Source: Thermotogota bacterium (GTDB lineage: Bacteria; Thermotogota; Thermotogae; Petrotogales; Kosmotogaceae). From it: DNA of 35,001 nt. The stretch covers positions 1 to 35,001 of the forward strand of contig JAYEJL010000172.1 in the NCBI GenBank assembly GCA_034660555.1, written 5' to 3'. The translations under genes were made by a program, and so were the position numbers. Within the stretch, counting starts at the first letter, position 1. Every line of letters begins with the position of its first letter. Below are positions 29,725 to 35,001 of this stretch, one piece after another. Under the pieces are notes generated by a model. It had not been told where the DNA came from, ran no database searches, and worked only from the letters and a program-made list of their open reading frames with translations.

Positions 29725-30582
29725 ATGAATGAACGTCGCAAAGAACTATTTACAAGACTTATAACCGCCGGAGTTGTGGCACCTTTTGTTGTCGCATGCT
29801 TCGCAAACTATTACTCATTAATCGGGCTTGTAGCAACAGTTATATTGTTTGCAGCCTACGAATATATAAAATTTACTCTAAAAAATGATGGACATCAGGT
29901 CCTGAAATTGGCAATAGTAGCTATTGTAACCATAACATCAATAAGTTATGGATTGCTTTTGGACAAGCTTTATCCGCTAAAGGACAATTTCAGGATGCCC
30001 GAACTAATTTTCGCATTATCACTGATAACATCTTCAACAATAATAATTCTCGCAGTGAAGGACATTACAAAAGCAAAAAGAATGATGACAAATAGTATTT
30101 TCTCGATATTTTATATTGGATTAAACCTCTCGTTTTTTTATCCGATTTATATAAACTTTGGTGGTTCTGTCGCGCTTTTGAATTTAACTTCAGTTTGGGT
30201 TTTTGATGCGGGCGCCTACTTCTTTGGGTTGAGTTTTGGAAAGACTAGAATCTCTCCGGCATATAGTCCCAAAAAGAGTCTTGAAGGTGCAGTTGGTGGT
30301 TATTTTTCTGTAGTATTTTTCATGTTTATATACGAGTTTTTCAGACAGTTGTTTACTACTGACGCCATTGCTATAAGACCCTCACATTTTTTTCTTCTGG
30401 CAATGATAGTAGCAGTATTCGGTACCATTGGGGACATTGTTGAATCTGCAATAAAACGCTATCATGATGTAAAAGATTCAGGAAATATTCTTCCAGGTCA
30501 TGGTGGAATGTTAGATAGAATAGATGGGCTTCTATTTGTTACTCCGATGTTTTACATATTTCTTGTTTTACTAAATACCTGA
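29725..30582 (+). CDS. cdsA: Phosphatidate cytidylyltransferase
   Basis: Multi-TM; DAGAYFFG, SPKKSLEG, GDIVESAIKR, KDSGNILPGHGGMLDRID. Confidence 0.96.
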   Translation: MNERRKELFTRLITAGVVAPFVVACFANYYSLIGLVATVILFAAYEYIKFTLKNDGHQVLKLAIVAIVTITSISYGLLLDKLYPLKDNFRMPELIFALSLITSSTIIILAVKDITKAKRMMTNSIFSIFYIGLNLSFFYPIYINFGGSVALLNLTSVWVFDAGAYFFGLSFGKTRISPAYSPKKSLEGAVGGYFSVVFFMFIYEFFRQLFTTDAIAIRPSHFFLLAMIVAVFGTIGDIVESAIKRYHDVKDSGNILPGHGGMLDRIDGLLFVTPMFYIFLVLLNT

Positions 30583-30596
30583 GGAGGAAGTACATT

Positions 30597-33209
30597 ATGA
30601 AATATATGAGCAGCAAAGAAATTAGGTCGAGTTTCCTTGATTTCTTTCGAAAAAAACAGCACGTTATTCTTCCAAGTAGTTCGCTTATTCCAAAAGATCC
30701 TCAACTTATGTTCACGGTAGCCGGTATGGTGCCATTTAAACCATTTTTTTGGGGTGTAGCTAAAGCTCCACATAAAAGAATTGCTACATGTCAAAAATGT
30801 GTTCGTACGGTAGATATTGATAGAGTTGGAAAAACGGCCAGACATGATACTTTTTTTGAAATGCTGGGAAACTTCTCATTTAATGATTACTTTAAAAAAG
30901 AGGCTATCCAGTGGGCATGGGAATATGTAACCGATGTACTTGAAATGCCCGAAGATTTACTCTGGGTATCTGTTTATGAAGATGACGATGAAGCCTATGA
31001 TATCTGGAAAAATAATATTAGAATCCCGGAAAGAAAAATTGTAAGACTGGATAAAGAGGAGAACTGGTGGGGCCCGGTAGGAAACACAGGACCTTGTGGA
31101 CCTTGTTCAGAGATATTTGTTGATACAGGAAGAACAGAAACATGCCCAGACCCTGAAAACTGTTCTCCCGGCTGCGATTGTGATAGGTTTTTAGAGCTCT
31201 GGAATCTGGTTTTCACAGAGTTCAATCAAAACGAAGAAGGTAAACTGATACCTCTAAAACACAAAAATATAGATACAGGTTTGGGTCTTGAAAGAATCTC
31301 AGCAATAATGCAGAATGTTGAAACAATTTTTGATACCGATCTTTTTACCAATATAATAAAATCAATCGAAAAAATACTAGACGTAAGTTACAATAAGGAT
31401 CAAAAAACGGACATTTCAATAAAAATAATCGCTGATCATTCTAGATCAGTTAGTTTTCTTGTGACTGATGGTGTAATGCCTTCCAATGAGGGTAGAGGTT
31501 ATGTCTTAAGAAGACTTATTAGAAGAGCAGTATTGCACGCTTCGTTATTGTATAACAACAAACCATTTCTAAACAAATTAATGGAAGTGGTGGCAGAAGA
31601 AATGGGAGGTATCTACCTCGAGCTTAAAGAAAAATGTTCTTTCGTTAAAAATATTGTGTTAAATGAAGAACAAAAATTTATTGAAACCCTGGAAAAAGGA
31701 ACAAAAAGACTTCATGAAATACTCGAACACAATGAAGTTCTATCCGGGAAGGAATTGTTTCAATTATACGATACATATGGCTTTCCAGTAGAGCTGGTCG
31801 AAGAAATTGTTCAGGATAAGGATGTAAAAATCGATTCTGAAGGATTTAAAACTGAAATGAAAAAACAACGCGAAAGAGCAAGACAGGCGCAAGGAAAAAA
31901 AGATTACGGTTTAACTTCTTCAATCTACAACGAAATTTACAATAAACTTGGCAACACGGAGTTCGAAGGTTATAAAACACTCACCCTGGAAGCTGAAATC
32001 AAATATATGGTTACTGATGGAAAGCTAGTTGAAAAACTAACAAAGGGGGACGAAGGCGAATTATTTTTCAAAGAAACGCCTTTTTATGCAGAAAAGGGTG
32101 GACAGGTATCAGATAGAGGGGTTATTAAGTCTGATAACTCAATAGCGGTAGTCTCACATGTATTCATCCCTAACAATGAGCTAATTTCTCATAAAGTATA
32201 TGTTGAAAACGGTACCTTTGAAAAAGGCCAAAAAGTGAAACTGGAAGTAGATGCCAAAAAAAGAAAATCTACAGCAAGAAATCATACAGCCACACACCTA
32301 TTGCACGCAGCTCTAAGAAAAGTCTTGGGAAATCATGTTAGACAGTTTGGTTCACTAGTTGACAATGAGCGTCTAAGATTTGATTTCACGCATTTTTCAG
32401 CCCTCGAGAAAGAAGATATTGAAAAAATCGAGGAAATTATCAATGAAAAAATTCTCGAAGATATTCCTGTCAAAATCAAAACAAAGTCCCTTGAAGAAGC
32501 CAAAAATGAAGATATTACTGCTTTGTTTGAGGAAAAATATAGTGATATTGTGAGAGTTATTTCTATAAACGATTTCAGCAAAGAGCTTTGTGGTGGTACC
32601 CATGTTTCAAGAACAGGTGAAATAGGTATTTTTAAAATCATTTCTGAAAGTTCTGTTTCTTCAGGCGTGAGAAGAATTGAAGCAGTTACAGGACTTAACG
32701 CATATGAGCTCTTAAAAGATAACTACAACAAGCTAAACATAATAAAGGATATGCTTGCTGTTGAAGACAAAATTATCGAACGAATAGCTACTATCAAGCA
32801 AGAAGTTCGTGAAAAAGAGAAAGAGGTCAAGCGACTAAGAGAAAAGGTCCTGTCAGGTTCCGCACCAATAAACGATAGACGTACAAGTGTCGAGGGTAAT
32901 CAGGTTCACATTAGAATAGTCGACAACTCTCCTGTAGATGTAATCAGAAATGCTGCTGATGTTATGATGCAAAGATTGAAAAGCGGTATTGTTTTTATAT
33001 TTAATAAATTTGAAAACAAAGTGGTATTTGTTGTCAAGGTTTCTGAAGATCTTACAGATAGATTTAATGCAGGCAAAATCGCTCAGCGCATTGCCAGAGA
33101 ACTAAACGGTGGTGGAGGTGGCAGACCTGATTTTGCTCAGGCAGGAGGAAAAAACATTGATAAAATTGAATATGTCGTCAATAATATAGAGGAATTTATA
33201 AATGACTGA
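30597..33209 (+). CDS. alaS: Alanine--tRNA ligase
   Basis: FTVAGMVPFK, TFFEMLGNFS, IDTGLGLER, editing HTATH and ELCGGTH, GGGGGRPDFAQAGG. Confidence 0.98.
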   Translation: MKYMSSKEIRSSFLDFFRKKQHVILPSSSLIPKDPQLMFTVAGMVPFKPFFWGVAKAPHKRIATCQKCVRTVDIDRVGKTARHDTFFEMLGNFSFNDYFKKEAIQWAWEYVTDVLEMPEDLLWVSVYEDDDEAYDIWKNNIRIPERKIVRLDKEENWWGPVGNTGPCGPCSEIFVDTGRTETCPDPENCSPGCDCDRFLELWNLVFTEFNQNEEGKLIPLKHKNIDTGLGLERISAIMQNVETIFDTDLFTNIIKSIEKILDVSYNKDQKTDISIKIIADHSRSVSFLVTDGVMPSNEGRGYVLRRLIRRAVLHASLLYNNKPFLNKLMEVVAEEMGGIYLELKEKCSFVKNIVLNEEQKFIETLEKGTKRLHEILEHNEVLSGKELFQLYDTYGFPVELVEEIVQDKDVKIDSEGFKTEMKKQRERARQAQGKKDYGLTSSIYNEIYNKLGNTEFEGYKTLTLEAEIKYMVTDGKLVEKLTKGDEGELFFKETPFYAEKGGQVSDRGVIKSDNSIAVVSHVFIPNNELISHKVYVENGTFEKGQKVKLEVDAKKRKSTARNHTATHLLHAALRKVLGNHVRQFGSLVDNERLRFDFTHFSALEKEDIEKIEEIINEKILEDIPVKIKTKSLEEAKNEDITALFEEKYSDIVRVISINDFSKELCGGTHVSRTGEIGIFKIISESSVSSGVRRIEAVTGLNAYELLKDNYNKLNIIKDMLAVEDKIIERIATIKQEVREKEKEVKRLREKVLSGSAPINDRRTSVEGNQVHIRIVDNSPVDVIRNAADVMMQRLKSGIVFIFNKFENKVVFVVKVSEDLTDRFNAGKIAQRIARELNGGGGGRPDFAQAGGKNIDKIEYVVNNIEEFIND

Positions 33210-33615
33210 TAACAATGTCCTTTTTGAAAATGTTCAAAAAATAGATCCTGAAGAACTTTCAACAGACGTTCTGGCTTACATTGGAGATGCGGTTTATGAG
33301 CTTTATTTCAGATTGCATACATTGAAAAATACCAAAAGACGCACATTTTATCAACATCAAATGACCAAAAACTACGTTAGTGCCGAGGGTCAAAGCGAGG
33401 CTCTTCAGGAAATCTGGGATCAACTTCCCAAAGAATGCCAGAATATTGTTAGAAGAGGCTATAATTCAAAGGGTGCAAAAAGAAAAGGCAATGACAAAGA
33501 TTATAAACGTGCCACCGGTCTTGAGGCACTTGTTGGTTACCTTTTTCTAAAAGGTAAAAACCATCAGCTTTTATTAATCTTGAACAGGGTGAGTGAACAT
33601 GTATCTTCATGGTAG
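33202..33615 (+). CDS. mrnC: Mini-ribonuclease III
   Basis: LAYIGDAVYEL, VSAEGQ, ATGLEALVGYL; 137 aa without dsRBD. Confidence 0.9.
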   Translation: MTDNNVLFENVQKIDPEELSTDVLAYIGDAVYELYFRLHTLKNTKRRTFYQHQMTKNYVSAEGQSEALQEIWDQLPKECQNIVRRGYNSKGAKRKGNDKDYKRATGLEALVGYLFLKGKNHQLLLILNRVSEHVSSW

Positions 33616-34351
33616 AAATGTACTAAAAGAGATTCTGAACATAAATAACACAATTAAAGTTAAACGAGTAATATTCACAAATCAAAAGAATGCAGATGGT
33701 CAAATAAATCTTTTGAAGGAAGCCTGTTACCAAAAAGGCTTCAAAGTAGAAAGCGCTTCAGCCGAGCGACTCGCACAACTTTCAGATGAAAAAAAACACC
33801 AGGGAGTAGTTATTGAAATCAATAAATTTCCTTACAATGAATTTGAAAAATTGCGTGAAAAGTTAACGAGAAAAAATAAATCCGTTATTGTTTTACTTGA
33901 TAGAATAAATGACCCTCACAATCTCGGAGCTATTATTAGAACGTCCGTTGCGGCTGGAGTTGATGGAATATTGATTCCCGAAAAGGGTTCTTGCAGCATT
34001 ACCCCTTCAGTGATAAAGGTATCAACCGGACTAGCTTTTAGAATACCAATAACAATAGTTACCAATATTTCAAGAGCAATTGATCTCCTAAAAGAAGATG
34101 GATTCTGGTTTTACGCATCTACAATGGACGGTCAACCCTATTATAGTGAAAATTACTCGGAGAAAAGTGGCATAGTATTTGGAAGTGAGGGCAGAGGGAT
34201 TAGACAATTAGTGAGTAAAAAATGTGATTTCAGTATCTCCATTCCAATGGAAAAAAATGTTGATTCATTAAATGTTGCTGCATCTGCAGCCATTATAATA
34301 TTCCAAATGCGAAGAAAACTATTGAACAGTTGTGATAGTAATGGCAATTAG
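33599..34351 (+). CDS. rlmB: 23S rRNA 2'-O-methyltransferase RlmB (TrmH/SpoU family)
   Basis: HQGVV, DPHNLGAIIR, GSEGRG, SIPM-x3-VDSLNVA; follows mrnC. Confidence 0.88.
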   Translation: MYLHGRNVLKEILNINNTIKVKRVIFTNQKNADGQINLLKEACYQKGFKVESASAERLAQLSDEKKHQGVVIEINKFPYNEFEKLREKLTRKNKSVIVLLDRINDPHNLGAIIRTSVAAGVDGILIPEKGSCSITPSVIKVSTGLAFRIPITIVTNISRAIDLLKEDGFWFYASTMDGQPYYSENYSEKSGIVFGSEGRGIRQLVSKKCDFSISIPMEKNVDSLNVAASAAIIIFQMRRKLLNSCDSNGN

Positions 34352-35001
34352 GATTCTCTCACAGGATATTGTCAGGAAAATTGCTGCCGGCGAAGTAGTA
34401 ACGGGAGCTTTTTCTGTCATAAAAGAGCTTATAGAAAATTCACTTGATGCTGAAGCAACCCGGATTGTCATTTCAGCAAAAAATGGAGGTAAAGAGTACA
34501 TAAGTGTCATGGACAACGGTGTTGGTATGCATGGCGACGATCTGAAGCTGGCCATAAAACCTCACACAACCAGTAAAATTGAAAGATTTAGTGATCTTGA
34601 AAAACTTGTAAGTTATGGATTTCGAGGTGAGGCATTATCTACAATTGCAAGTGTGTCAAGAATGAAAATTTCTTCGCGTGCAAAGAATGATGACCTGGGA
34701 TTAATGTTAGAGATTACCTCAGGCCAGATAAAGAAAGAACAGCCTGTTTCGAGAGATGTTGGAACAACAGTTGAAGTATATGATTTACTATACAATACCC
34801 CTGCGAGAAGAAAATTTCTAAAATCTAAAGCTATTGAGGGAAGAATGATTACAGAGACGGTAGAAAGGTTTATACTCTCCCATTCTGGAGTAGGTTTCAA
34901 ATATTTGAGAGACGGTAAATTAATTTATGATACATCCTCTACATCAACCATCAAAGAAAAGATCACGCAACTTTTTCCCGAGATAAAGACTGGAGATCTT
35001 A
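34341..35001 (+). CDS. mutL: DNA mismatch repair protein MutL, N-terminal part (runs off the window)
   Basis: Manual translation from ATG 34341: KIAAGEVV, KELIENSLDA, DNGVGM, HTTSKI, GFRGEAL, NTPARRKFL; absent from the ORF track because there is no stop in the window. Confidence 0.96.
   Translation, partial: MAIRILSQDIVRKIAAGEVVTGAFSVIKELIENSLDAEATRIVISAKNGGKEYISVMDNGVGMHGDDLKLAIKPHTTSKIERFSDLEKLVSYGFRGEALSTIASVSRMKISSRAKNDDLGLMLEITSGQIKKEQPVSRDVGTTVEVYDLLYNTPARRKFLKSKAIEGRMITETVERFILSHSGVGFKYLRDGKLIYDTSSTSTIKEKITQLFPEIKTGDL

Noticed and set aside
31090..31190. Cys-rich segment in AlaRS (CPDPENCSPGCDC) as a novel insertion
   Set aside because: Similar Cys clusters after GPCGPCSE are common in bacterial AlaRS
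862..34900. Many short antisense or alternate-frame ORFs in the track (e.g. 1148-1489, 5373-5858, 14069-14383, 25940-26386, 34319-34555, 34613-34900)
   Set aside because: They lie within confidently identified genes, carry no recognisable motifs, and show the Ser/Phe/Ile-rich composition of shadow frames
1..35001. CRISPR arrays, IS elements, reverse transcriptase or defence systems, large ncRNAs
   Set aside because: Intergenic gaps are short (under about 250 nt) and explained by promoters, terminators and tRNAs; no repeat-spacer pattern or such genes were seen. The PLD protein is coupled to nadE in a housekeeping context, so a defence role is unsupported

Overview
A gene-dense, AT-rich bacterial chromosomal window of mostly core housekeeping genes. 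Gene order and protein features (short EF-Ts, pyk-pfkA divergent from small ORF-gcvT-gcvH-gcvPA-gcvPB, frr-uppS-cdsA-alaS) suggest Thermotogota, probably Kosmotogales/Petrotogales-like; this is inference, not a search result. Contents in order: M16 peptidase, pnp, rpsO, eno, pyrH, tsf, coaD, Rrf2 regulator, ftsY, proS (all minus); purine nucleoside phosphorylase (+); pyk, pfkA (-); DUF2007-like ORF, glycine cleavage genes and tRNA-Thr(GGT) (+); an accessory two-gene unit (receiver-like plus 4xPAS protein with no output domain, and an uncharacterised helical protein with four His motifs) (+); Cof-type HAD hydrolase, glutamine-dependent nadE, PLD-family protein, tRNA-Ala(GGC), secF, secD, yajC (-); frr, uppS, cdsA, alaS, Mini-III, rlmB-like methyltransferase and the 5' part of mutL (+). 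No mobile element, CRISPR array or integrase was seen. The best candidate for an undescribed system is the 18.8-21.9 kb output-less PAS sensor / His-motif protein pair. Also notable: a candidate S15 autoregulatory leader, a PLD reading frame that runs through tRNA-Ala and its terminator, and a hairpin-split ribosome-binding site before secD. Start codons were adjusted from the ORF track using Shine-Dalgarno positions; all product calls come from motif recognition without database searches.
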